Virus record (IMG/VR): IMGVR_UViG_3300031857_000005
Location: 186,001 to 250,000 of that record
Strand: one strand, 5' to 3'
DNA length: 64,000 nt
Made by a program: the position numbers and the translations under genes. Every line of letters begins with the position of its first letter. Position 1 is the stretch's first letter. The notes under the pieces are model-generated. The model saw only the letters and a list, made by a program, of their open reading frames with translations. It did not search any database and was not told the origin of the DNA. Of the stretch, positions 49,094 through 60,500 are shown in pieces.

Positions 49094-49539
49094 AAGATTT
49101 AGATTTTACAAAAGTGGAATTCCTATTGAAATGTAACGAAAACATTATCGTTCAGAGATTCTTTAATGTTAGGGGATTTAATCCTAAGTCAAGAAATTCG
49201 TTTAATGTATATGAATACATTGGAGATTTGTGTGACAAATTGAAAAGCGATTTAAAGATGAGAACGATTGTTTATATGTTAGACAATCAGTATGAAATTC
49301 AGGAGAATCCTGATGTTCTTAACACATCAAATACTGATGGTGATGAGAACTTTCACATGATAATTAGAGTTGGAGATATGACAATTTGTCATAGAGTGTT
49401 TGAGGCTAAAGTATACCCTCCGAAGGTAAGATATACCGTGGACCTACGCCCACAACTAAAAGGGATATTATCCGACCTAACTGACATTTTTTCAGGTAAA
49501 AAATTTAATATTGAGTATGCTGGATTTAGTTTAGTTTGA
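49090..49539 (+). CDS. hypothetical protein in the replication module
   Basis: Likely start ATG at 49090, overlapping the exonuclease stop (ATGA). Confidence 0.65.
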   Translation: MKDLDFTKVEFLLKCNENIIVQRFFNVRGFNPKSRNSFNVYEYIGDLCDKLKSDLKMRTIVYMLDNQYEIQENPDVLNTSNTDGDENFHMIIRVGDMTICHRVFEAKVYPPKVRYTVDLRPQLKGILSDLTDIFSGKKFNIEYAGFSLV

Positions 49540-49572
49540 TACTATTTATCTTAACAAACAAATTAAAAAACT

Positions 49573-50952
49573 ATGGCGACACACAAAAACTTTGATTATT
49601 TAGGTAACAATTTTCAGATTCAATTGCTGAATCAAATTATTTTAGACAAGGATTTTTCACACTCAATTATTGATGTGATTGAACCAAGTTATTTTGAAAA
49701 CAAGTATTTCAAAATCATCATTCAAATGGTGAAAGAGTATTATAAAAAATACAATCATACACCATCATTTGATACATTAGAACAAGTTACAAAATCAGAA
49801 CTACAACAAGAAATGGCATCTAAAGTTGTTTTGGATATGATTACCAAAATTAAGGATGCACCTATCGAGGGAGGGGATTTTGTACAAGAGAAGGCTCTTA
49901 AGTTTTGTAAACAACAAGAGGTAGTAAAAGTAATGAGTAAGGCTCAAAAAATCATTGACGGTGGTGAATTTGAAAACTATGACACCATTGAAGAAATGTT
50001 TAGAGGAGCGATTCAAGTAGGAGAGAAAGACACAAGTACTTCAAGTGTTTTTAGTAACTTGGATCAAGTCTTGGATGACGACTATAGACATCCAATCCCA
50101 ATGGGAATTCCTGGTATTGACAGACTGTTAAAAGGAGGTTTAGCAAAAGGCGAAATCGGTGTTGTTTTGGCACCAACTGGTGTTGGTAAATCAACCCTTT
50201 TAACTAAGATTGCGAACCATGCATTTAACATGGGAAACAGTGTACTTCAAATATTTTTTGAAGACAACCCAAAGATAATTCAAAGAAAACATTTTACTCT
50301 TTGGACTAAAATACATCCTGACGATTTGTCAGAAAAAAGAGATGAGGTAACATCTAGGGTTAGGGAAATTGAAGAGACTATGCCTAACAAACTAATTATG
50401 AAAAAATTGCCATCAGATACTGTGACGATGTTGCAAATTAAAAATCAAGTTAGGAAAATGATTGCTGATGGGACAAAAATTGATATGATTTTATTAGATT
50501 ATATTGATTGTGTTGTACCTGACAAAAATTTAGGTGATGAGTGGAAAAGTGAGGGTTCTGTAATGAGAGGTTTTGAGGCGATGTGTCACGAACTTAACAT
50601 TGTAGGATGGACTGCTACTCAAGGTAATAGAAATTCCATTTCTTCTGAAGTTGTAACAACTGATCAAATGGGTGGTTCTATTAAAAAGGCACAAGTAGGT
50701 CATGTTATTATTTCTGTGGCTAAGACATTACAACAAAAAGAAATGAAATTAGCAACAATCGCCATAACTAAATCAAGAATTGGTGATGACGGTATCGTAT
50801 TTGAAAACTGTAAATTTGATAACGGTATGTTAGAAATTGATACCGAAAGTTCAATGACTTTCTTAGGAGTTGAGGAACAAAAAGAAGAAAGACAGCGTCA
50901 GCGTGTTAAAGAGTTGATGGAGAAAAGAAAACAAAAAGAACAAAATAATTGA
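49573..50952 (+). CDS. replicative DnaB-like helicase (T4 gp41-like)
   Basis: LAPTGVGKS Walker A, LLDYID, TATQGNR, SRIG. Confidence 0.9.
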   Translation: MATHKNFDYLGNNFQIQLLNQIILDKDFSHSIIDVIEPSYFENKYFKIIIQMVKEYYKKYNHTPSFDTLEQVTKSELQQEMASKVVLDMITKIKDAPIEGGDFVQEKALKFCKQQEVVKVMSKAQKIIDGGEFENYDTIEEMFRGAIQVGEKDTSTSSVFSNLDQVLDDDYRHPIPMGIPGIDRLLKGGLAKGEIGVVLAPTGVGKSTLLTKIANHAFNMGNSVLQIFFEDNPKIIQRKHFTLWTKIHPDDLSEKRDEVTSRVREIEETMPNKLIMKKLPSDTVTMLQIKNQVRKMIADGTKIDMILLDYIDCVVPDKNLGDEWKSEGSVMRGFEAMCHELNIVGWTATQGNRNSISSEVVTTDQMGGSIKKAQVGHVIISVAKTLQQKEMKLATIAITKSRIGDDGIVFENCKFDNGMLEIDTESSMTFLGVEEQKEERQRQRVKELMEKRKQKEQNN

Positions 50953-51012
50953 AAATTTAAGTAAGTTAGTGATATTAAAAATATATTTACCTGTATTTAT
51001 ATTATAAAATCT

Positions 51013-51744
51013 ATGGATATGGAAAAAATATTTATATATGGGATATATAACCCTGATGAACCTGAAATAATAAGATATGTCGGTAAAACTAAAAAAAATG
51101 TTAATAAAAGATTAAAAGAACACATTTATTTAGGTGAAAAAAAAGTTAAAAGACCGTTATATTTGTGGATAAATAAATTATTGAAAAAGAATAAAAAACC
51201 TGAAATAATAATAATTGAGGAAACAAATAATAAAGAATGGGCCAATAAAGAGATTTTTTGGATAAAAAAATATAAAAAAACTAATAATTTATTAAATTTA
51301 ACCGATGGTGGGGAATCAAATCTTAATTACATACCTAATGAAGAGACAAGAAAAAAAATTTCATTAAATAATATTGGCAAACATAGTTATTGGAAAAATA
51401 AAAAATTAAGTAAAGAACATAAAGATAATATCGGCAAATCTTTAGTTGGGAAAAAAAGAAGTGATAAAACTAAAAAAAATATAAGTGAGTCGTTAAAAGG
51501 AAGAAAACTTTCTGAAGAACATAAATTAAAATTAAGCGTTTTAAGTCCTAATAAGGGTAAACCGGCTAAAAATATTAAATCGGTTAATAAAATATGTTTA
51601 GAAACTGGTAATATTATTGAAACATATATGTCTTTAGAAATAGCAGCAAAAGAAAATAATATAAAAAATAAAGGTAACATTGTTATGGTCTGCCAAGGTA
51701 AAAGAAATAAATGTGGTGGATTTTTATGGAAATATGTAAATTAA
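51013..51744 (+). mobile_element. free-standing GIY-YIG homing endonuclease with NUMOD3 and NUMOD1/HTH DNA-binding modules
   Basis: IYGIY...RYVGKT, E..WI, NLTDGGE, two LS.EHK..[IL]S repeats, C-terminal I..VC.GKR..CGGF.WKY; very A/Lys-rich. Confidence 0.9.
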
Positions 51745-51750
51745 AAAAAA

Positions 51751-52701
51751 ATGGAAGAGAAAATTTTAAAAACTAACCCCTCAAGATTTGTTATATTCCC
51801 TATTGAGCACAACGATATTTGGGAATATTACAAACAACATCAAGCGGCATTTTGGACTGCTGAAGAAGTTGATTTAACCAATGATATTCGTGATTGGGAA
51901 AAATTAACTGATAATGAAAAATATTTTGTTAAAAATGTATTATCATTCTTTGCAGCATCTGATGGTATTGTTAACGAAAACTTGGCGGAAAATTTCTACC
52001 GAGAAGTACAATATCCTGAAGCAAAATTCTTCTACGGATTCCAGTTGGCAATGGAAAATATTCACTCACTAATGTACTCATTGTTGATTGATACCTATAT
52101 CAGTAACGCTAAAGAAAAAGACGAATGTTTCAATGCAATTGACAGATTACCTGCAGTTCAGAAGAAAGCAAAATGGGCGTTGGATTGGATTGAAAATGCG
52201 TCATTCCAAGAACGATTGGTAGCATTCGCAGCGGTTGAAGGAATTTTCTTCTCAGGTTCATTCTGCTCAATCTTTTGGTTGAAATCAAGAGGTATCATGC
52301 AAGGATTATGTAATGCGAATTCATTAATCTTTAAAGATGAAAACTTACATTGTGATTTTGCAATTCACTTGTTGAATAACCATTGCGAAAACAAACCGTC
52401 TGAAAAACGAATTAAAGAGATTTTATTATCGGCACTTGAAATTGAAAAAGAATTCATCACAGAATCACTACCAGTATCACTTATCGGTATGAACTCTAAC
52501 TTGATGAAACAATACCTTGAGTTTGTTGTTGATGGATTATTGGTTAAGTTTGGATGTAAGAAACAATTTAATGTTGAACAACCATTCAAGTTTATGGAAC
52601 AAATTGCGGTTGAAACAAAAGGTAACTTCTTTGAATCAAGAACAATGGAATACCAAAAAGCAAAATTGAACGAAACAATTTCATTTACAGACGATTTCTA
52701 A
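51751..52701 (+). CDS. nrdB: class Ia ribonucleotide reductase beta subunit
   Basis: [23 protein letters not shown] (radical Tyr), [15 protein letters not shown]. Confidence 0.97.
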   Translation: MEEKILKTNPSRFVIFPIEHNDIWEYYKQHQAAFWTAEEVDLTNDIRDWEKLTDNEKYFVKNVLSFFAASDGIVNENLAENFYREVQYPEAKFFYGFQLAMENIHSLMYSLLIDTYISNAKEKDECFNAIDRLPAVQKKAKWALDWIENASFQERLVAFAAVEGIFFSGSFCSIFWLKSRGIMQGLCNANSLIFKDENLHCDFAIHLLNNHCENKPSEKRIKEILLSALEIEKEFITESLPVSLIGMNSNLMKQYLEFVVDGLLVKFGCKKQFNVEQPFKFMEQIAVETKGNFFESRTMEYQKAKLNETISFTDDF

Positions 52702-52715
52702 AAAAATAAAAAATT

Positions 52716-55145
52716 ATGTCATTAAAAATTATTAAAAGAGGTGGGGATTCGGTTGCATTTAACCCACAAAAAATTTACAATCGTGTAAAACGAGCATCAA
52801 AAGGTTTGAATGTTAATTCGGACGAAATATTCATTAAGGTTATTACCTCGGTACCAACTGAAGGAGAAATAACAACAAAAGAATTAGATAAACTTGTATA
52901 TGAGATTGCTGCGGCTTATACTGGTAGTCACCACGACTATTCAAGGTTAGCATCTTCAGTTGCAATATCTTCATATCATAAAGAAACTAATGATAGTTTT
53001 TCACAAACTATGGAATTGTTGTATGATGATGGAGTGGTTAATGAAAAATTAATTAACACAATTAATGAATATGGTGCTGAGATTATTGATGCGGTAATCA
53101 ATCACGATAACGACTATAACTTTGATTATTTTGCTTGGAGATCATTACAAGAAATGTATTTGTTGAAACGACCAACAGGTAAGGTAATTGAACGACCACA
53201 ACATATGTATATGAGAGTTGCGTTGTGGGTAACCAATACAATGGAAGAGGCTTTTGATTATTATAAGTCGTTGTCTGAACAACGTATATCACCCGCAACA
53301 CCAATTATGATTAATTCAGGAACAAAAATTCCTCAATTGGCGTCTTGTGTGTTACATTACAACAACTCTGACTCAAGAATGGGATTGTTGGAAACATTGA
53401 ATGATATCTCAACTTATTCTGCGGATGCTGCGGGTATTGGATTGTGTATGTCAAATCAAAGAAGTAAAGAAAGTCGTATTAATAGTTCAGGTGGTTATGC
53501 TGGTGGTTTATTGAAATACCTTAAAATTGTTAACGAATCTTTACGATTCTTTAATCAACAAGGTAGAAGACCTGGGTCGGCAGCAATTTATTTAGAACCT
53601 TGGCATAAAGATATTATGGATCTTCTTGACATCAAAAAGAATACAGGTGCTGAAGAATTAAGAGCGAGAGATTTGTTTACCGCACTTTGGATTCCTGATA
53701 ACTTTATGAGAGCCGTTAAAAATAATGGTGATTGGTATTTGTTCTGTCCTAACGACATTAATAAATCTGGACTTAAACCATTACAAGAATGTTATGGTGA
53801 TGAATATGAAAGTGTTTATCGTGAAGCGGTGGCACTTGGTTTAGGTAAAAAAGTTAAAGCTCAAGATGTTTGGACTAAAATTATTGAATCACAAGTTGAG
53901 ACTGGTGTTCCTTATTTATGTTCTAAAGATAGTGCTAATAGAAAGACTAACCACCAAAATATCGGTGTGATTAAACAGTCAAACTTGTGTAATGAAATAT
54001 ACCAATATACTGACGAAGAGACTACTGCAATTTGTACATTGTCCTCAATGGTATTGAAGAACTTCATTCAAGGTAATAAGTTTGATTTCCAATTACTTTT
54101 TACTGAAGTTAGAAAAGTGGTTAGAGCGTTAAATAAAGTCGTTAACATTAATAGTTACTCAACAGACAAAGGGTTAAAAGGTGGGTTAGAACAACGAGCA
54201 ATTGCAATTGGAACTCAAGGATTGGCAGATGTATTTTATCTACTTGATTTAATATTCACCGAAGAAGAAGCAAGAATCTTAAATAAACAAATTTTTGAAA
54301 CCATTTATTACGGTGCTATCTATGAAAGTAATAAACTTTGTAAAAATGGGGAGTATCTACCATATAAATTCTTTGAAGGATCGCCAATGTCACAAGGTAT
54401 ATTCCAATTTGATATGTGGGGATTGAATGAAAGTGATTTATCAGGATACTGGGATTGGAACCAACTTAAAGAAGATGTAAAAGAATTTGGGGTATGTAAT
54501 TCATTATTCACGGCACAAATGCCTGTAGCATCTTCAGCGAAAATTACAGGTTCATTTGAAATGACAGAACCCGCACATTCAGCATTGTTTAACAGAAGAG
54601 TGGTAGGTGGTGAAATTATGATTGTGAATAAATACCTCATTAATGACTTTGAAAAAATGGGTATTTGGTCTGAGGATTTGAAGAATGAAATTATTATCAA
54701 TGAGGGATCGATTCAAAACATTAACTTTAACAATTATTTAGATACTGAAGATAAACACTACAATAAGAAAGTTAAACGAATTGAGCATTTGATTCCAAAG
54801 TATAAAACAATTTGGGAGATTTCACAAAGAGAATTGATTGATATGGCGGCAGACAGAGCACCATTTATTGATCAATCACAATCAATGAATATCTATATGG
54901 CGAACCCAACATTGTCAAAGATTACATCATCACATTTCCACTCGTGGGAAAAAGGTTTGAAAACTCTTTGTTATTATGTTAGAACCAAGGCAATTTCCAC
55001 AGGGGCAAAACACTTGGCGGTTGATATGTCAAAAGTAGAAAAACCAAAAGCAACACCATTTGTTCCCAAAGTGGACTATTCAAACATGAATCTACCACCA
55101 AAACCTGAAAATAGTGAATTTGATTGTTTTGGATGTTCATCCTAA
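52716..55145 (+). CDS. nrdA: class Ia ribonucleotide reductase alpha subunit with ATP cone
   Basis: ATP cone; SPATP, QLASC, SNLCNEI, PVASS, KTLCYY, C-terminal CFGC. Confidence 0.97.
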   Translation: MSLKIIKRGGDSVAFNPQKIYNRVKRASKGLNVNSDEIFIKVITSVPTEGEITTKELDKLVYEIAAAYTGSHHDYSRLASSVAISSYHKETNDSFSQTMELLYDDGVVNEKLINTINEYGAEIIDAVINHDNDYNFDYFAWRSLQEMYLLKRPTGKVIERPQHMYMRVALWVTNTMEEAFDYYKSLSEQRISPATPIMINSGTKIPQLASCVLHYNNSDSRMGLLETLNDISTYSADAAGIGLCMSNQRSKESRINSSGGYAGGLLKYLKIVNESLRFFNQQGRRPGSAAIYLEPWHKDIMDLLDIKKNTGAEELRARDLFTALWIPDNFMRAVKNNGDWYLFCPNDINKSGLKPLQECYGDEYESVYREAVALGLGKKVKAQDVWTKIIESQVETGVPYLCSKDSANRKTNHQNIGVIKQSNLCNEIYQYTDEETTAICTLSSMVLKNFIQGNKFDFQLLFTEVRKVVRALNKVVNINSYSTDKGLKGGLEQRAIAIGTQGLADVFYLLDLIFTEEEARILNKQIFETIYYGAIYESNKLCKNGEYLPYKFFEGSPMSQGIFQFDMWGLNESDLSGYWDWNQLKEDVKEFGVCNSLFTAQMPVASSAKITGSFEMTEPAHSALFNRRVVGGEIMIVNKYLINDFEKMGIWSEDLKNEIIINEGSIQNINFNNYLDTEDKHYNKKVKRIEHLIPKYKTIWEISQRELIDMAADRAPFIDQSQSMNIYMANPTLSKITSSHFHSWEKGLKTLCYYVRTKAISTGAKHLAVDMSKVEKPKATPFVPKVDYSNMNLPPKPENSEFDCFGCSS

Positions 55146-55150
55146 AATAT

Positions 55151-55177
55151 AATCCCGACTTATGTTGGGATTTTTTA
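55151..55177 (+). terminator. intrinsic terminator after nrdA
   Basis: AATCCCGAC-TTAT-GTTGGGATT followed by T tract. Confidence 0.8.
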
Positions 55178-55213
55178 TTTATATAAAACTTCCCAACATT
55201 ATATTTATTAGAT

Positions 55214-55672
55214 ATGGCAAATGGAGTAACATATGGAATAAATTTCCCCTTTCAAAATTCGTATGTGGGAAAGTATTTAGATTGTTCTGATACAACAGAT
55301 GAAGAAGTGAGGAGTAATCTTATTCATTTACTTTTAACAAGAAAAGGTACTAGGTATTTTTTACCTGATTTTGGTACTAGACTATATGAATATATTTTTG
55401 AACCATTGGATGGACCTACATTTTCGGAAATAGAATCAGAGATTAGAGATTCGGTATCAACTTATATGCCAGGTTTAACTGTTACTAATGTTAAAATAAC
55501 AGATGCCTCAATGGAAGAAGAAAATAAAGGAACATACATAAATGGTGAGGATAAAAGAGAATATACTGTCTCAAATATATCACAATTAGAACACACGGCA
55601 AAAATTAGAATTGATTATAAAACGACTAATACCGCTTTTGAATCAAGTGATTTTGTTATTATTAATATTTAA
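55214..55672 (+). CDS. baseplate wedge protein (T4 gp25-like)
   Basis: NL.HLLLTRKG.R...PDFGT.L....FEP motif. Confidence 0.9.
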   Translation: MANGVTYGINFPFQNSYVGKYLDCSDTTDEEVRSNLIHLLLTRKGTRYFLPDFGTRLYEYIFEPLDGPTFSEIESEIRDSVSTYMPGLTVTNVKITDASMEEENKGTYINGEDKREYTVSNISQLEHTAKIRIDYKTTNTAFESSDFVIINI

Positions 55673-55678
55673 TAGTAT

Positions 55679-57517
55679 ATGGCAAATAAAAAAATATCGT
55701 ACACAACGAGAGATTTTCAGGGGATAAGAACTGAGTTAATAAATTTTACAAGAACTTATTATCCTGATTTAGTTCAGAATTTTAATGATGCTGGAATATT
55801 TTCGGTAATGTTAGACTTAAATGCCGCAGTAACCGACAACCTACATTTTAATATTGATAGAAGTATCCAAGAAACCGTATTACAATACGCACAACAAAAA
55901 TCATCAATCTATAATATTGCAAGAACTTATGGTTTAAAAATACCTGGGTTGAGACCTTCAGTTGCATTGGTTGACTTCTCAATTACAGTTCCTGCGTTTG
56001 GGGATAGAGAAGATTTAAGATATTGTGGTATTTTGAGAAGAGGTTCACAAGTTAATGGTGCTGGACAACCTTTTGAAACTGTATATGATATTGATTTTGC
56101 ATCGGCAATTAATGCTGAAGGATCACCAAATAGATTAAAAATACCTAATTTTGATGGTAGTGGTAAATTAGTTAACTATACAATTGTAAAAAGAGAAGTG
56201 GTAGTTAATGGAGTAACAAAAGTATTTAGAAGAGTTGTAACTCCAAATGATGTTAAACCATTCTTTGAACTTTTCTTACCTGAAAAAAATGTATTGGGAA
56301 TCACAAGTGTATTATTAAAAGATGGTACACAATATTCTACGGTACCAAGTCCACAGGAGTTTTTAGGTTTAGAAAATAGATGGTATGAAGTACCTGCTTT
56401 AGTTGAGAATAGAGTGTTTATTGAAGACCCTACAAAGGTATCTGATCAACCAGGAGTTAAAGTCGGTAAATACATAACCACAGATAATAAATTAATTACT
56501 GAATATACACCTGAAGGGTTTATGAAATTAACTTTTGGTGGTGGTAATGTTTCTGCAGACGAACAATTAAGAGATTTTGCAAGAAATGGATATCAATTAG
56601 ATTTAAGTAAATATATTAATAATTTAGCTTTGGGTGCGGCTTTAAAATCTAACTCAACACTATTCATACAATATAGAGTCGGTGGTGGACAAGGAACGAA
56701 TTTAGGTGTTAATATTATAAATCAAATAGGTACCGTTTCATTTTATGTGAATGGACCGTCACAATCCGTAAATACTACTGTTATTAATTCATTATCATGT
56801 AATAATGTTACTGCGGCAATTGGAGGGGCAAATGCTCCATCAACAGAAGAAGTTAGACAATATGTGACATATAATTTTGCCGCACAAAATAGAGCGGTAA
56901 CTATAAATGATTATGAATCCATTTTAAGAAATATGCCGTCACAATTTGGGGCACCTGGTAAAGTTGCAATTACGGAAGAAAACAACAAAATTAAAATTAA
57001 AATGTTATCTTACGACGCTGAAGGTAAATTAACTGAAGTAATATCAAATACATTAAAAAATAATGTCGCCAATTACCTTTCTAATTATAGAATGATAAAT
57101 GACTATATCTCAATTGAAACTGCAAATGTTATTGACTTAAGTGTTAATGTTGATGTAGTATTAGATGCGAGTCAAAATCAAGGTGCGGTAGTTACTAAAA
57201 TAATTGATATTATATCAAACTATTTTAGTCCATTACAAAGACAGATGGGTGAGAATGTTTATGTATCCGAAATAAGACGATTAATTCAAAATGAAAATGG
57301 GGTTATTAGTATTTCCGATATAAGTTTTATTAATAATGTTGGAGGACAATATTCATCATCACAAACATCACAACCTTACTCTGATTCGGCAACTAAAGAG
57401 ATTGGATTAATTACTGACACTATATTTGCAGAACCAACTCAAATTTACCAAATTAGATATCCAAATAAAGATATTAATGTTAGAGTTCTTAATTTAAAAA
57501 CGGTGAATTTCTCTTGA
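55679..57517 (+). CDS. baseplate wedge protein (T4 gp6 / baseplate-J-like)
   Basis: YTTRDF...R..L, YRVGGG, AAIGG, AQNRAVT..DY motifs. Confidence 0.9.
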   Translation: MANKKISYTTRDFQGIRTELINFTRTYYPDLVQNFNDAGIFSVMLDLNAAVTDNLHFNIDRSIQETVLQYAQQKSSIYNIARTYGLKIPGLRPSVALVDFSITVPAFGDREDLRYCGILRRGSQVNGAGQPFETVYDIDFASAINAEGSPNRLKIPNFDGSGKLVNYTIVKREVVVNGVTKVFRRVVTPNDVKPFFELFLPEKNVLGITSVLLKDGTQYSTVPSPQEFLGLENRWYEVPALVENRVFIEDPTKVSDQPGVKVGKYITTDNKLITEYTPEGFMKLTFGGGNVSADEQLRDFARNGYQLDLSKYINNLALGAALKSNSTLFIQYRVGGGQGTNLGVNIINQIGTVSFYVNGPSQSVNTTVINSLSCNNVTAAIGGANAPSTEEVRQYVTYNFAAQNRAVTINDYESILRNMPSQFGAPGKVAITEENNKIKIKMLSYDAEGKLTEVISNTLKNNVANYLSNYRMINDYISIETANVIDLSVNVDVVLDASQNQGAVVTKIIDIISNYFSPLQRQMGENVYVSEIRRLIQNENGVISISDISFINNVGGQYSSSQTSQPYSDSATKEIGLITDTIFAEPTQIYQIRYPNKDINVRVLNLKTVNFS

Positions 57518-57589
57518 TGATTTATTTTTAGAATAAAAGAATTATTTTTTGAAAATAGGAAATAAACTATTTATCAAAAAAAGAATTTA

Positions 57590-60500
57590 ATGCCAAAATC
57601 ATATAGAATTAGAACCGAGCCAGGTGTAGATAAATCCATAAAAATACAATTAGATCAGGATTTTGAATACTTGGAGATTTTATCTTTGAAGATATTTCAA
57701 AATGATATATACACTCGTATGTGTTCTGATTACGGTGTTGTTGTAGGTAGAGTATTAGTTAACGGAGGTTTTGGGGTACCAAACGCTAAAGTATCGGTGT
57801 TCATCCCAATAACTGACGAAGATGAACAAAACCCAATTATTTCTCAATTATATCCATATAAAAACATTGATGATTTAAATGACGATGGTTATAGATATAA
57901 TTTATTACCTTATGAACCTTCATATCAAGGACATTCAGCAACAGGTACATTTCCAAGTAGAGAGGATGTTTTAACCGATGCAGCATTAGTTGAGGTATAC
58001 GACAAATATTATAAGTTTACTGTAAAAACAAATGAAAGTGGTGACTATATGATATTTGGGGTACCAACTGGAGAACAAACAATATTTATGGATGTTGATT
58101 TATCCGATATTGGGTGTTTCTCATTATCACCACAAGATTTAATTAACTCAGGATTAGCAACAGAAACTCAAGTTGATGGGAACAAGTTCAAAACTTCAAC
58201 CAACTTACGAGAATTACCACAAGTTAAAACATTAAATAAAATAGTTCAAGTACAACCATTATGGGGTGAACCTGAAATTTGTTTATTGGGTATCACAAGA
58301 GTTGATTTTGATTTAACGGCATCTGCTAATGTAAACATACAACCGACTTCTGTGTTTATGGGTTCAATGTTCTCAACAACAAATGAGGATGCGGTTAAGA
58401 AAAGTTGTAAACCAAAGATTAACACAGGAAATATGTGTGAACTAATTGCGGGTCCTGGACAAATATTGGCAATTAGACAAACAATTAATACTGATGATAA
58501 TGGATATCCTGTTCTTGAACAATATAGATTAGAACAGGATGGTAAGATAATTGATGGTGAGGGTACTTGGTTGGTTAATTTACCAATGAATTTGGATTAT
58601 GTAACAACAAATGAATTTGGTGAACAGGTATTATCTAACGATCCAAAAGTGGGAATACCAACCACTTCAAAGTACAGATTTAAAATTAAGTGGCAAAACG
58701 AAGAGGGTTTGCAAAATAACTTTATGAGAGGTAACTATTTGGTACCTAATATTAAAGAACACGGATGGAATAGTACTGATGAGAATAATGATCCATTTAA
58801 AAATTCTGATACATATACAAGTGAATATCAAGCGTCAATACCTGTTGGATCAACATCATTGTCTGTTGGACCAATACCTAGAGGGGGGTTCTTTCTTAAT
58901 AGTGTGGTAAATACACAACAATTAACAATTGAAGTAAACGGAGTTCCATATTATGGTAGTTTGGATAGTGTACCATTACCCAATGTCAACAATATAATTA
59001 CATTTAATGCAATACCAATAGATAATACACAACCTATTGATATTGTGTTCACAATATATGACGAACCACTATTTAACCTATTAAGATCTTACGCATTCAG
59101 TTTAGATTGGGATGATTATTATGATACTCAAGCGGCAATTGATTGTGAGGATAGTTTTTATAAATTTCATTACAATAAAGTTTATACCGTAAGTTCATTT
59201 ATTGATAGGTATAAAAATGGTAGCAATAGAGCCAGACATCTTGGGATTAAAGAAATTACAAATAGAACTTGTCAGAGTGAAAATAACAAATTACCTGTTA
59301 ATGATTTAGTTAGGAATTTTGACTTCATATTCTTCTTATTCACTTTGTTACTTGCAATAGTATCACCAATGATTGTTATTATAATAGTTGTAAATCACGT
59401 ATTGGCATTAATATATCCAATAATAGTTGCAATAGCTAACTTTGTTATAAAATTAGTTAATGGTATTGTTTATAACATATGTAAAATTGTTAAAAATTTA
59501 GGAGGTAATGTTGAATGTAAAAAAGAAACATTAGAACCAATGAGTGAAGATAACCCATTCAAAAGGTTATCATTACCAATGATGACATATCCTGATTGTG
59601 AGGCTTGTTCTTGTCCTGATGAGAGTTTGGTAACATCAAGTTCTGTTGCGGGTTCTTGGAATGCCGCGGCGTTAGGTATTAATATATCAATATTAAGTGA
59701 TTTAGGTACTTTAGGTAGTTATAGTACTTGGACATTGAATCCCACAAACAATCCTTGCGGATTAACCTTTTCCTCAACTCCGGACCAAACGGCTTGGGAT
59801 CAAGGTTCTCAACAATTATTTGCTGGGGCAGTTAATCCCGCTAGAGTTTATTATAAAGTACCAATATGGGAGGAATTAGGTCCTGATGGTGCTAGTGCTA
59901 ATTCGGGACAATTGTTTAAAAGATTTGGTGATGGTATGACATTGGCTCAATCAATGAACATGGCTAATCTTAGATCGAGATACTTTGATATTACCGCTAG
60001 AAACAGAATCACAGTAACACCAAACCCAACATTGGTTGGTACAACAACTTTAGGTGTTGGTGGTAATTCATATCAAGATTTATCAATGATAATGTTAGCG
60101 GATCAGGGCACAATTAGTCAGTTAGTGGGTAAAGTAATTTCTTTTACTAATCCGGTGAATACTAATGACTTTAATGTTACAGGTGGTACCGAAAATCAAT
60201 TTGGGGGAAATGCAATAACAGGGACTACATTAGGGGTTGGCACATATACAGTACCTTTAACTTATATGAATGACTTAGGTGTTAATATAACATCAGATAT
60301 AACTGTTGTTGGTACTGAAAGTGAAAAGGAATATTTATATAAATCAGGTATAGAGTATTTCCAAGTAGTTGCCGGATATACATGGGATGAACTTGTATCC
60401 ACAGGTCCATTACAACCACAAGGTACCTATGTTGGATCAACAGTAACTAATTCAGGAGTGTTGTGGAAGTACTTCTTTCAAAATAAAATAAGCTATTTAA

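Larger units (their letters stand above)
7132..57574. promoter_or_regulatory. recurrent phage late-type promoter motif TATTTAT(A), 17 intergenic copies
   Basis: Plus: 7132, 7673, 13936, 21822, 24639, 28310, 29244, 30782, 32653, 45107, 49543, 50994, 55202, 57568. Minus: 18892-18899, 19998-20004, 24595-24602. Always oriented with the downstream gene. Confidence 0.75.

Noticed and set aside
49420-49500. Locally GC-richer stretch as a possible structured RNA
   Set aside because: Lies within a plausible coding frame and no convincing stem was found by eye
51013-52701. Group I intron in nrdB carrying the endonuclease
   Set aside because: nrdB and nrdA are uninterrupted; the endonuclease is intergenic
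14466-55145. Inteins in polymerase, helicases or RNR
   Set aside because: No Cys/Ser-start ... His-Asn-Cys/Ser/Thr intein boundaries or LAGLIDADG blocks are visible; sizes fit intein-free proteins
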